From the NCBI GenBank assembly GCA_965248695.1, contig CBDFKD010000001.1:1-64000 (forward strand): 64,000 nt of DNA. The letters run 5' to 3'. The notes beneath the pieces are model-generated. The model made no database searches. It saw only the letters and a list, made by a program, of their open reading frames with translations, and was not told the DNA's origin. Both the position numbers and the translations under genes were made by a program. Below, one piece after another: positions 17,136-24,974 of the stretch (positions are counted from its first letter, which is position 1; every line of letters begins with the position of its first letter). The stretch comes from Acidobacteriota bacterium (GTDB lineage: Bacteria; Acidobacteriota; UBA890; WLXD01).

Positions 17136-17966
17136 ATGACAATGGCTACACTCGCCTCGCAGCTGCCACCACCGCTGCCACCGACAGGTTCTCAGCAACA
17201 GCAAGTGCCTCAGGAGTTCCCCGTCACGTCGGGGAGGCTTGATGCGCCGCAACGGACTGTCCTGTACGGCACGGGCGGCATTGGCAAGTCCACACTTGGA
17301 GCGCTCGCGCCCGGCGCGGTGATGCTCGATATCGAGTCCGGCACGCTGGAGCTCGATGTGCAGCGGATCGACAACATCGACACGTTCGCCGCGCTGCGGG
17401 CCTGTCTGCAAGGTGACGCGCTGGATGGCTACCGCACGGTAGTCATCGACTCGGCCACCAAGGCTGAAGAGCTGGCGGTCGCGCACACGCTATCAACTGT
17501 CAAGCACGAGAAGGGTCACCACGTCTCGCGCATAGAGGACTATGGGTTCGGCAAGGGCTACCAGCACGTCTACGAGACGTTCCTGCTGCTGCTGGCGGAC
17601 TTAGACCGGCAGGTGCGGTTGGGTCGCAACGTGGTGCTGATCGCGCACGAGTGCATCGACAACGTGCCCAACCCCGTGGGCGATGACTGGATTCGCTACG
17701 AGCCGCACTTGCAGCGGCCCAAGTCGGGCAAGGCATCGATCCGCAACCGGGTCGTGCAGTGGGCCGACCACGTGCTGTTTGTCGGCTACGACGTGGTGAC
17801 CGAGGACGGCAAGGGCAGGGGCGGAGGAACACGGACCATCTGGCCGAACGAGCAACCGAGTCATATCGCTAAGTCGCGACGTATTGCCGAGCCGATCCAA
17901 TTCCGTGACACAACCGACGACACAGTGTGGCAGCAGATCTTCAGGGACAACGGAGGACAGTCATGA
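17136..17966 (+). CDS. Sak4-like AAA_24 ATPase (ssDNA annealing)
   Basis: YGTGGIGKST, TVVIDS, GFGKGY, LIAH. Confidence 0.85.
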   Translation: MTMATLASQLPPPLPPTGSQQQQVPQEFPVTSGRLDAPQRTVLYGTGGIGKSTLGALAPGAVMLDIESGTLELDVQRIDNIDTFAALRACLQGDALDGYRTVVIDSATKAEELAVAHTLSTVKHEKGHHVSRIEDYGFGKGYQHVYETFLLLLADLDRQVRLGRNVVLIAHECIDNVPNPVGDDWIRYEPHLQRPKSGKASIRNRVVQWADHVLFVGYDVVTEDGKGRGGGTRTIWPNEQPSHIAKSRRIAEPIQFRDTTDDTVWQQIFRDNGGQS

Positions 17967-18535
17967 AGAACCTGGACCGCGAAGGGATCTTCAAAGCGCG
18001 GCCGATCAGCTGGAGCGTGCTGGATGCCGACTCGGGGGCCGTGGCGGTGTCATTGGAGTTCGAGATCCTCGCTCAGTGGGACGGTGAAGGTGGCTGGATC
18101 GACTGGGCCGGTTACGAGATGCACCGGTGCTTTGGCTCCTGGTGGGTGGTGAAGAAGAACGGACAGATCAACACCGGGGCTGCAGAGCAGCTAGCCGTAT
18201 CGCTTGGCTGGGATGGCGACCTGCGTAGCGTGTTCGGGGGCCCACCGAGCAGAATCGTGCAGGTCTCGGTGAAGGCTGAGGAGTACGACGGGCGTACTCG
18301 GTACAGAGCGGGGTGGATGAACCCGGAGGATTACGTACCGCAACAGGCAGGAGCCTCTGAGGAAAAGGTCAACGAGCTGCAATCTCGCTATGGCTCTCTG
18401 CTGCGGGCTGCGGCAACCGCGACGGGAAACAGCGCGCCTGCCAGTACGTCGCCGGCTGATGCTTCCGGTACGCAGCAACCGCCCCCAGCGGGCAACGAGC
18501 CGCCCCCGGTTACCGACGCCGACGTGCCCTTCTAG
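17963..18535 (+). CDS. Phage SSB-like protein
   Basis: Follows the Sak4-like gene; acidic tail ending DADVPF. Confidence 0.75.
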   Translation: MKNLDREGIFKARPISWSVLDADSGAVAVSLEFEILAQWDGEGGWIDWAGYEMHRCFGSWWVVKKNGQINTGAAEQLAVSLGWDGDLRSVFGGPPSRIVQVSVKAEEYDGRTRYRAGWMNPEDYVPQQAGASEEKVNELQSRYGSLLRAAATATGNSAPASTSPADASGTQQPPPAGNEPPPVTDADVPF

Positions 18536-18562
18536 GAAGCTGGACCACCGGAGGAGACAAAG

Positions 18563-18856
18563 ATGACGGTCAACGAGCAGACGAGCAACGCGGTGTCCGA
18601 GGCGCTCAAGGCAGTGGTGCGACAAGAGCTGCCGAAGGTATCGAGTGCCGTGCATGAGACCGGCAAGGCTGGATCGTTGAGCATCAAGATCGACTTGAAG
18701 CCCGACAAGGAGCTGCTCAGCCGGGTGGGCCTGGTGATCACGCCGAAGCTGGCGTTGCCGGGCATCGGGGGGTTGTTCAGAGGCAAGACCCAGAAAGTGG
18801 GTGGCGTGGTGCAGCTGTCGCTGCTGAGCGCCTTGGAGGACGAGGAGGCGGCGTAA
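18563..18856 (+). CDS. Phage hypothetical protein
   Basis: GAGGAG RBS; VHETGKAGSLSIKI motif. Confidence 0.7.
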   Translation: MTVNEQTSNAVSEALKAVVRQELPKVSSAVHETGKAGSLSIKIDLKPDKELLSRVGLVITPKLALPGIGGLFRGKTQKVGGVVQLSLLSALEDEEAA

Positions 18857-18858
18857 CG

Positions 18859-19380
18859 ATGCAGGTTGTCCTAGCGATCGATCCCGACCCACAGGGTGGC
18901 TCGTGGGTGTTGTGCGACGAGTGCGGCGAGGTGCGCGCGCATGAGCGCAACTGCCCGATGGGGCACCTGAAACAAGCGATCAACGGTGTCGATGAGACCA
19001 CGACGCAACAAGTCGTCGTCGAGGACGTTGTCTCCTACGGAATGCCGGTCGGACGTGAGGTGTTCGACACGGTCAAGAACATCGGCGAGATCCGAGGAGT
19101 CTGCCGCCAGCGCTCGGTTCCGTTCGATCTGCTGAGCCGTGTGCAGGTCAAGACAGCACTGTGCCGTAGCGCACGCGCCAAGGATGCCAACGTGCGGGCG
19201 GCACTGATGGATCTGTACGGCGGCTCTCGTAAGGAGGCTGTGGGCACCAAGGCATCGCCGGGGCCGCTGTACGGTCTCGTCGCTGACGAGTGGGCCGCAC
19301 TGGCGCTCGCGCTCGTGTGGCTGTCGCGCCAAGCGCTGGGACCGTTGGTAGGGCGGGATGGACCGGGGGTGGCCGCGTGA
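18859..19380 (+). CDS. RuvC-like Holliday junction resolvase
   Basis: VLAIDP, VVVE, VKTAL...AKD, DEWAALALA. Confidence 0.75.
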   Translation: MQVVLAIDPDPQGGSWVLCDECGEVRAHERNCPMGHLKQAINGVDETTTQQVVVEDVVSYGMPVGREVFDTVKNIGEIRGVCRQRSVPFDLLSRVQVKTALCRSARAKDANVRAALMDLYGGSRKEAVGTKASPGPLYGLVADEWAALALALVWLSRQALGPLVGRDGPGVAA

Positions 19381-19495
19381 AGAGGCAACCACTGGTGCTG
19401 TGCCGGGAGCCGTCACCGTGAAGAACCTGTACCGCTGTGCGTGCCTAGGAGTCGGGACGTGAACAGACAGCTTGGAATGACCAAACGCAATACAA

Positions 19496-19963
19496 CTATC
19501 GATCCTTCGAAAGGCTGTCCTCAATGCGCTGAAGAGCCTCCTCGATGCGTTCGCATTGTTCCTGGATCTCTTTCTGGTTGTTCAAAATCTCCAGCAAGAC
19601 ACGCTGATCGTGTTGGGCATGCTGATCAATCGCCGCCCAAGCTAGACCTAGCCCGCCTTCAAGAGTTTCGGGAAGTTCTCGTCGAAGAGATTCAAGAAGC
19701 TCGCGCCATGTTTCGGCGCCACGAAGCATGTCTTCAGCAAAAGCTCTCGGAACTTCGAGAACTTCACGAGCGAGATGCTGAACGTTCCGCGCGAATGCTA
19801 GTTGATCTTCGCCAAATTTTTGAGCGTCACCAAAAGGCTCTTGAAGCCGCGGCACAAGGGCTTCCTGAACTTCAGCGCCTTGGTCAAGCATCCGTGCAAG
19901 CGCTCGCTGAGATTCGAACACTTTGGTTAGCGAATCGATTCGACGACCAGGGTCTGAAGCCAT
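19496..19963 (-). CDS. Antisense-inserted coiled-coil protein
   Basis: GGAGG RBS, heptad-rich, extended -10 upstream. Confidence 0.6.
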   Translation of the reverse strand: MASDPGRRIDSLTKVFESQRALARMLDQGAEVQEALVPRLQEPFGDAQKFGEDQLAFARNVQHLAREVLEVPRAFAEDMLRGAETWRELLESLRRELPETLEGGLGLAWAAIDQHAQHDQRVLLEILNNQKEIQEQCERIEEALQRIEDSLSKDR

Positions 19964-19967
19964 GTTG

Positions 19968-20032
19968 ACCTCCGGGGTTGTGGGATGCGCGAGGTGTCAC
20001 CAGCGCCAGGACGCTACCACGGCCCCGGAGGT
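19968..20032 (+). repeat. Long hairpin homologous to 14794-14850
   Basis: ACCTCCGGGGTTGTGG / CCACGGCCCCGGAGGT 16-bp stem. Confidence 0.8.
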
Positions 20033-20367
20033 GCCTTTCGGTCGCTATGGAATGCCGCGGCTGTCGAGGCCGAGCGCTTTGGAGGACGAGTTGTCGTGAG
20101 TACGAGACAGTGAAAACACAGCTACCGACACGGCTACAGGCTCAGCTTCGTCAGGTCATGCGCGAGCTGTCGTGCAAGGGCGGCAATCTCACGCTGCTTC
20201 CCGTGAAGCATGCGCCGTTCCTGTTTTCCTGCCAGTGGTGTCGGTTGCGTCGGGATGCTCGGGCAGCGCTCGAAAGTGACGACTGCGAGCTGGCCTTGGA
20301 CGTGCTGGAGCGGGCCGGGCTGTCGGATGCCGGGCTGTCGGATGCCGAGCACAAGGGGGCCGCGTGA
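19978..20367 (+). CDS. Phage hypothetical protein (start uncertain)
   Basis: ORF ends in a GTGA overlap with the next gene. Confidence 0.45.
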   Translation: MWDARGVTSARTLPRPRRCLSVAMECRGCRGRALWRTSCREYETVKTQLPTRLQAQLRQVMRELSCKGGNLTLLPVKHAPFLFSCQWCRLRRDARAALESDDCELALDVLERAGLSDAGLSDAEHKGAA

Positions 20368-20630
20368 AGGGGGGCGTACTGGTGCTGTGTCGGGAGCCCG
20401 ACGGCAAAGCCGTGGCCAAGCGCGTGCTGTCGGTACGCGAGCAGTCTGTTGAGGTTACCGCCTACGGAGGAGTACCCGCTTGGTACATGCGCGACAACGT
20501 GTTCGGCATGGACGCGGCGCTGTTGACACAGCTGATGCGCGCCTATGCCGCCCGCGATACCGAGCAGCTGGCGGCGCTCTGGGAGCGGGCGGTGCCCTGG
20601 TCACCGAGCAAGGAGCGAGGGGAGCAATGA
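20364..20630 (+). CDS. Phage hypothetical protein
   Basis: Coupled at both ends. Confidence 0.65.
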   Translation: MKGGVLVLCREPDGKAVAKRVLSVREQSVEVTAYGGVPAWYMRDNVFGMDAALLTQLMRAYAARDTEQLAALWERAVPWSPSKERGEQ

Positions 20631-21661
20631 GCGGTAGGGGGGTGAAGGCGTTCATGCCGTTCTACGTGAGCGACTACCTCGCGGACACGATGGACCTGAC
20701 GCTCCAAGAGCACGGTGCGTACACGCTGTTGCTCTGGAATCTCTGGGCAAAGGACGGAGCGATATCCGCCGATTCAGCGCGGTTGGCCCGCATGCTCGGC
20801 GTGTCTATTGAGGAGTGGGAGTCGTTGTGGCCCGGAATCTCCGGCTACTTCACGGAGATCGATGGCTGCCTGACGCATACCCGGATCACGAAAGAGCTTG
20901 AACGAGCCAAGGAGCTACGCCGGAAGCGTGCGGAGTACGGCAAGAAAGGCGCAGAGTCTCGATGGCAAAAGAACGGCGAAAATGATGGCAAAAGCTATGG
21001 CAAAAGCTATGGCAAAAGCTATGGCAAAAGCTATGGCAAAAGCTATGGCAAAGCCATGCATTTGCCAATGGCAAAAACATGCCAACCACCTTCACCTTCA
21101 CCTTCACCTTCACAACCAGAACCAGAACCACCAAGTGGTGGTGGTCAGAAACCTCGGTGCTCGAATGCAGGGTCGGGGCGCGACCCGACCGCCGCCGCCA
21201 CCACCACCGCCACCACCGCCACCACCGGCAAGCCACCGCCCGCCGGCCAGGGCGAGCACGACGAGGCGATGCTGGAAGTGCTGGCCGTCTTCAACGATCG
21301 CTTCTGCCGCACTGCGACTCCCGGCTCCGGCACCCGGTACCTGCAAGAGCGCTTTGAGGCCGGCGGCACGGTCCAGGAAGCGCTCGCGGTTATCGAGCAC
21401 GTTGCCGTCTCGGGCCGGCACGTGGGCTCGCCGCAGGCCGTGTTCAACGCGGCAACCTGGAACGCCGTGCATCCGCCACCGAAGATCCAAACCGGCAGCG
21501 GGCCGGCCGCGCCCAGCGAGACGGACTGGGAGGCTGAGGCACTCCGCGTCAAGCGCGAGAAGCAGTGGCGTCGGCAGGCCAACGCGGCGCTCGATGCCGG
21601 ACAGCAGCCCGACTGGGATGCCATCAAGGCGATCCGCCAAGAGGCCAACAAGCCGCCGTAG
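20627..21661 (+). CDS. DUF1376/YdaU-type replication initiator
   Basis: FMPFYVSDYLADTMDLTLQEHGAYTLLL...GKKGAESRW. Confidence 0.85.
   Translation: MSGRGVKAFMPFYVSDYLADTMDLTLQEHGAYTLLLWNLWAKDGAISADSARLARMLGVSIEEWESLWPGISGYFTEIDGCLTHTRITKELERAKELRRKRAEYGKKGAESRWQKNGENDGKSYGKSYGKSYGKSYGKSYGKAMHLPMAKTCQPPSPSPSPSQPEPEPPSGGGQKPRCSNAGSGRDPTAAATTTATTATTGKPPPAGQGEHDEAMLEVLAVFNDRFCRTATPGSGTRYLQERFEAGGTVQEALAVIEHVAVSGRHVGSPQAVFNAATWNAVHPPPKIQTGSGPAAPSETDWEAEALRVKREKQWRRQANAALDAGQQPDWDAIKAIRQEANKPP
20985..21055. repeat. Iteron-like 12-bp tandem repeats (putative ori)
   Basis: ATGGCAAAAGCT x5 plus a partial copy; related boxes at 20962, 21061 (inverted) and 21068. Confidence 0.8.
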
Positions 21662-21720
21662 CCAGCCGCCAGACCGCATGCCAACCGCCCCCACGTGACG
21701 ACCGCCACCGACCGGAAAAC

Positions 21721-22434
21721 ATGATCGAAACCGCAACCGGAACCACAAGCCCAGCGACGCAGCCAGTCTGCTCAGCGTGCAACGGGGTCGGCTGGGTGGA
21801 GAAGCCGCAAGATGGTATGGCGCGCTGCGCCTGCAAGCTGTCGCCGAAGGCCGTGCTAGCCTCCCGCGGCGTGCCGGCGCGGTTCCTGAGCTCGTCGTTT
21901 CAGACGTTCCAGCCAGGCGGCGGAAACACCGCCGATGCTCTGGCCGAGTGCCAGCAGTTCGTTGAACGCTTCGAGCCATCGGGGCGGGGCTTGCTGCTGT
22001 CCGGGCCGTCCGGCACGGGCAAGACACACTTGGCCGTCGCGACCCTCCGAGCGCTGCGATCCGCCCATGGCCTGCGCGGTCGTTTTGTGCGCGCAGCGCG
22101 CCTGATCCAAGAGCTCAAGGACGCCATCGAGGCTGAGGGCGTGCGTGTCGGCGACATGCTGGATCGCGTCGTCGGCGCCGACGTTCTGGTGCTCGATGAC
22201 CTGGGGGCGATTCGCGAGACGGACTGGGCCGTGGAGCAGCTGGTGTACGTGCTCACACAGCGCTACGACGAGATGCGCGCGACGATCGTGACCACGAACC
22301 TGAATCAGCGAGATCGAGCCCGTCACGTCGGAGAGCGTGTCGCGGGACGGCTCAGCGAGACGTGCCAGGAGGTCGTGTTCGCAACGCCCGACTATCGAAC
22401 GCTGGGGCAAGCCTGCGTGAAGGAGGCATCGTGA
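21721..22434 (+). CDS. DnaC/IstB-like helicase loader ATPase
   Basis: CxxC..Cx[25 protein letters not shown]. Confidence 0.9.
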   Translation: MIETATGTTSPATQPVCSACNGVGWVEKPQDGMARCACKLSPKAVLASRGVPARFLSSSFQTFQPGGGNTADALAECQQFVERFEPSGRGLLLSGPSGTGKTHLAVATLRALRSAHGLRGRFVRAARLIQELKDAIEAEGVRVGDMLDRVVGADVLVLDDLGAIRETDWAVEQLVYVLTQRYDEMRATIVTTNLNQRDRARHVGERVAGRLSETCQEVVFATPDYRTLGQACVKEAS

Positions 22435-22658
22435 GCGAACGACCGAGCCTCGATCTCGCCGAGCTACCCGACGGCGAGCTGATCGAGCTTCTGCTGGATG
22501 CGAGCCACCGGCGCTTCACGGAATGGGAGCTGGAGGTCCTGGACTCGATTGCAACGAGGCAGAGACGGCGGCTGCACCCGAGCGAGCGGGCGCTGTGCGA
22601 AGTGCTCGTGGTGCGGATCGGGGCGAGTCTGAATCAGACAACGCGGAGGGCGTCGTGA
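22431..22658 (+). CDS. Phage hypothetical protein
   Basis: AGGAGG RBS, coupled. Confidence 0.6.
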   Translation: MSERPSLDLAELPDGELIELLLDASHRRFTEWELEVLDSIATRQRRRLHPSERALCEVLVVRIGASLNQTTRRAS

Positions 22659-23173
22659 CAGTCAACGGGTACGAAATAGAGCCGGGTGCGGATCTTCGGG
22701 GAGCCGATCTCCGGGATGCCGTCCTCCGGGGAGCCAACCTCCAGGGAGCCAAGCTTAGGGATGCCGACCTCCAGTGTGCCGATCTGCGGGGAGCCGACCT
22801 GTCGGAAGCCAACCTTTGGGGAGCCAACCTCCGGGGAGCCGACCTTCAGGGAGCCAACCTCGGGGGAGCCTGCCTCCAGCTCGCCGGCCTGTCGAACAAC
22901 ACAGTTCTGCCAACGGGGCAGACGTGGCCGGAGTACTTGGCGGATCTGCCCGCGCTTCTGACGGCCGGCGGTAAGCGCCTACACGAGGTCGCCACGCCCG
23001 AGGTCTGGAGCTGCCATAGCTGGAAAAACTGTCCGATGCGTGTGGCCTTCGACGCCAAGTGCTTCGTCGACGTACCTGAGCCGTGGCGGGCTCAAGCGGA
23101 GCTGTTCGTCACCCTGTTCGACACCAATCTGATCCCGCTACCGGCGGTGCAACCGGCGGAGAAGGCATCATGA
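22655..23173 (+). CDS. Pentapeptide-repeat protein 2
   Basis: Paralog of 13182-13829 including the C-terminal domain. Confidence 0.9.
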   Translation: MTVNGYEIEPGADLRGADLRDAVLRGANLQGAKLRDADLQCADLRGADLSEANLWGANLRGADLQGANLGGACLQLAGLSNNTVLPTGQTWPEYLADLPALLTAGGKRLHEVATPEVWSCHSWKNCPMRVAFDAKCFVDVPEPWRAQAELFVTLFDTNLIPLPAVQPAEKAS

Positions 23174-23391
23174 GCGACTCCACGCACCTGGACGCCACCG
23201 CTCCCGAGCTCAACTCCGCTACCGACACCGCCATGTCGGAACTCGCTGATCTGCATCAAGAGATCAACCGGGTGTTTGATGAGGTGGGGTTGATTATTGA
23301 CGAGCGCGACGAAGCCATCCAACGCGCCAAGAAGGCCGAAGCGGCACTCGCGCGCGCCCTCGCTACCCAGCAGGAGAGCGTTAGCAAGTGA
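23170..23391 (+). CDS. Small coiled-coil protein
   Basis: Coupled ORF. Confidence 0.6.
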   Translation: MSDSTHLDATAPELNSATDTAMSELADLHQEINRVFDEVGLIIDERDEAIQRAKKAEAALARALATQQESVSK

Positions 23392-23681
23392 CCGAGCCGG
23401 CACTATTTCGCAACCTGCGCGAGCGCCGCGTGCGTGGAAACTCGGACGACGCCTACGACCTCGTCATCGACGCCCTAGAGGCGGAACACGAAGCCCGCAT
23501 GTCGCTCAGCTTCCGTTTCCGCCGGGGGCCTGGGGGAGAGGAGTACCTAGTCGTCTTCGACGAGGGATGGAGACAGGGCGAGAAGATCGCGGCGCACGTA
23601 GTCACCGCTACCAGTAAGTTCGAGGCTGCAGAGGTAGCTATCGAGAAATTGCGCCACGCCTACTACGAGTGGTTCAAGTGA
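23388..23681 (+). CDS. Phage hypothetical protein
   Basis: AGGAG RBS, coupled. Confidence 0.6.
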   Translation: MTEPALFRNLRERRVRGNSDDAYDLVIDALEAEHEARMSLSFRFRRGPGGEEYLVVFDEGWRQGEKIAAHVVTATSKFEAAEVAIEKLRHAYYEWFK

Positions 23682-24079
23682 CCGAGCCGGCGCGCCTGTG
23701 GACGGCTGACGAAGCTGCGAAGTATCTGAGCGTCTGTCCAGAGACCGTGCGAACCAAGGCCAAGGCTGGTGAGATTCCATCCTGTAGGATCGGGCGACTA
23801 CTCCGGTTCGATCGTGAACTGTTACGGAGGTGGGTGCATGACCAAAGCGTTCCATCCGGCGCCCGCCCCGTGTCGGGTCCGGGGCAAGACGATATGGGAG
23901 GTGGACTGCCGACCGTGGGCCGCGCTGATGAATCGCCTGGGCGAGCCGAAGCGTCGGAGGTTCAAGAGCGAGGAAGCCGCCCGCGATTGGTGTCAGGATC
24001 TGATCGTCGCTCGAAAGATGGGGCGAAAGATCGCATCCCAAGAGGTAGCGGTCTCTTCGTTCGTCGACCGCTTCCTTAG
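23678..24079 (+). CDS. xis: Excisionase-like HTH_17 protein
   Basis: WTADEAAKYLSVCPETV...GEIPSCRIGRLLRF. Confidence 0.8.
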   Translation: MTEPARLWTADEAAKYLSVCPETVRTKAKAGEIPSCRIGRLLRFDRELLRRWVHDQSVPSGARPVSGPGQDDMGGGLPTVGRADESPGRAEASEVQERGSRPRLVSGSDRRSKDGAKDRIPRGSGLFVRRPLP

Positions 24080-24953
24080 AGCATGCGACCGATCCGACAA
24101 GGCACCACTCACCGTCAAGCTGTACGGCGACGTGCTCATCAAGTCGTTCTCTCCGTTCATGCGAGAGGTCGGGTGCGACTACCTGGACCAAGTGTCGCCG
24201 CTGCAGATCGAGGAGTACCGCCAGCACCTCGCCTCCTTCTGCGCGCCGGCCACGGTCCGAACGTGGATGACGATCGTGCGCGCCGCCTTCACCTGGGGCG
24301 TGAAGCTCAACCTGTTCGACGCCAACCCGGTGAAGGGGCTTGTACCCAAGGCGGTGCCGAGCGACAAGCGCTCACTCACCGATGCGGAGCGCAAGCTGAT
24401 CATCACGAAGGCACCGAGCCGGGACATCTGGCTGGCGTACCTACTCACCGGACTACGCGCTTCGGAGTTCGGCAATCTGCCGGTTGCGGCCGTGAAAGTG
24501 GTCCACGATTCCGCAGCGCATCTCGTGGTGAAGGGCAAGGGATCCAAGAAGCGCATCGTCTACCTCGAGGGGCAGGCTATCGAGCACTTCCGCAAGCTGG
24601 TGGCTACTGCTCAGGCTCGCGACGACGTGATGGTGGCGCCGTGTCGGACCAACACGCTGCAAGGTCGCTGGATCAAGGAGCGCGACGAGCTCGGGCTACC
24701 TCCCGACATCTCCATCCACACGTTTCGCCACACTTACGGCACGTACATGGCGCAGAGGGATCTGGTCGGAACGCAGCGAGCGATGGGGCATTCCAAGATC
24801 ACGACGACAATGGGATACGTGCATCCGGACGACCGTCTGATACGCGAAACGTCGGCGCAGTGGAGCGCAGCATTGCACAGGGATAAACAAAGTGGTGGTA
24901 CTAAATCGGTACCAGAATCTGAGAGAGTCAATGGTACCAATGGCAAAGGCTAA
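23838..24953 (+). CDS. int: Tyrosine integrase
   Basis: TGLRASE, KGSK, HTFRH, GH, TTMGY catalytic motifs. Confidence 0.93.
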   Translation: MTKAFHPAPAPCRVRGKTIWEVDCRPWAALMNRLGEPKRRRFKSEEAARDWCQDLIVARKMGRKIASQEVAVSSFVDRFLRACDRSDKAPLTVKLYGDVLIKSFSPFMREVGCDYLDQVSPLQIEEYRQHLASFCAPATVRTWMTIVRAAFTWGVKLNLFDANPVKGLVPKAVPSDKRSLTDAERKLIITKAPSRDIWLAYLLTGLRASEFGNLPVAAVKVVHDSAAHLVVKGKGSKKRIVYLEGQAIEHFRKLVATAQARDDVMVAPCRTNTLQGRWIKERDELGLPPDISIHTFRHTYGTYMAQRDLVGTQRAMGHSKITTTMGYVHPDDRLIRETSAQWSAALHRDKQSGGTKSVPESERVNGTNGKG

Positions 24954-24974
24954 ACCGTTGCTACACTTGCATCC

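Larger units (their letters stand above)
3260..24960. mobile_element. Prophage-like element (left boundary unknown; may extend beyond the window start)
   Basis: Immunity, recombination, replication and xis/int modules; host-type genes begin at 24975. Confidence 0.8.

Noticed and set aside
20324-20348. 15-bp tandem repeat GCCGGGCTGTCGGAT
   Set aside because: Simple in-frame slippage duplication.
13182-23173. Pentapeptide paralogs as a DGR template/variable pair
   Set aside because: No reverse transcriptase in the window, differences are not adenine-specific, and both copies are full ORFs.
3235-24960. Self-contained 21.7-kb satellite bounded by the 3235 fragment
   Set aside because: No matching repeat near the int end, so the boundaries cannot be paired.
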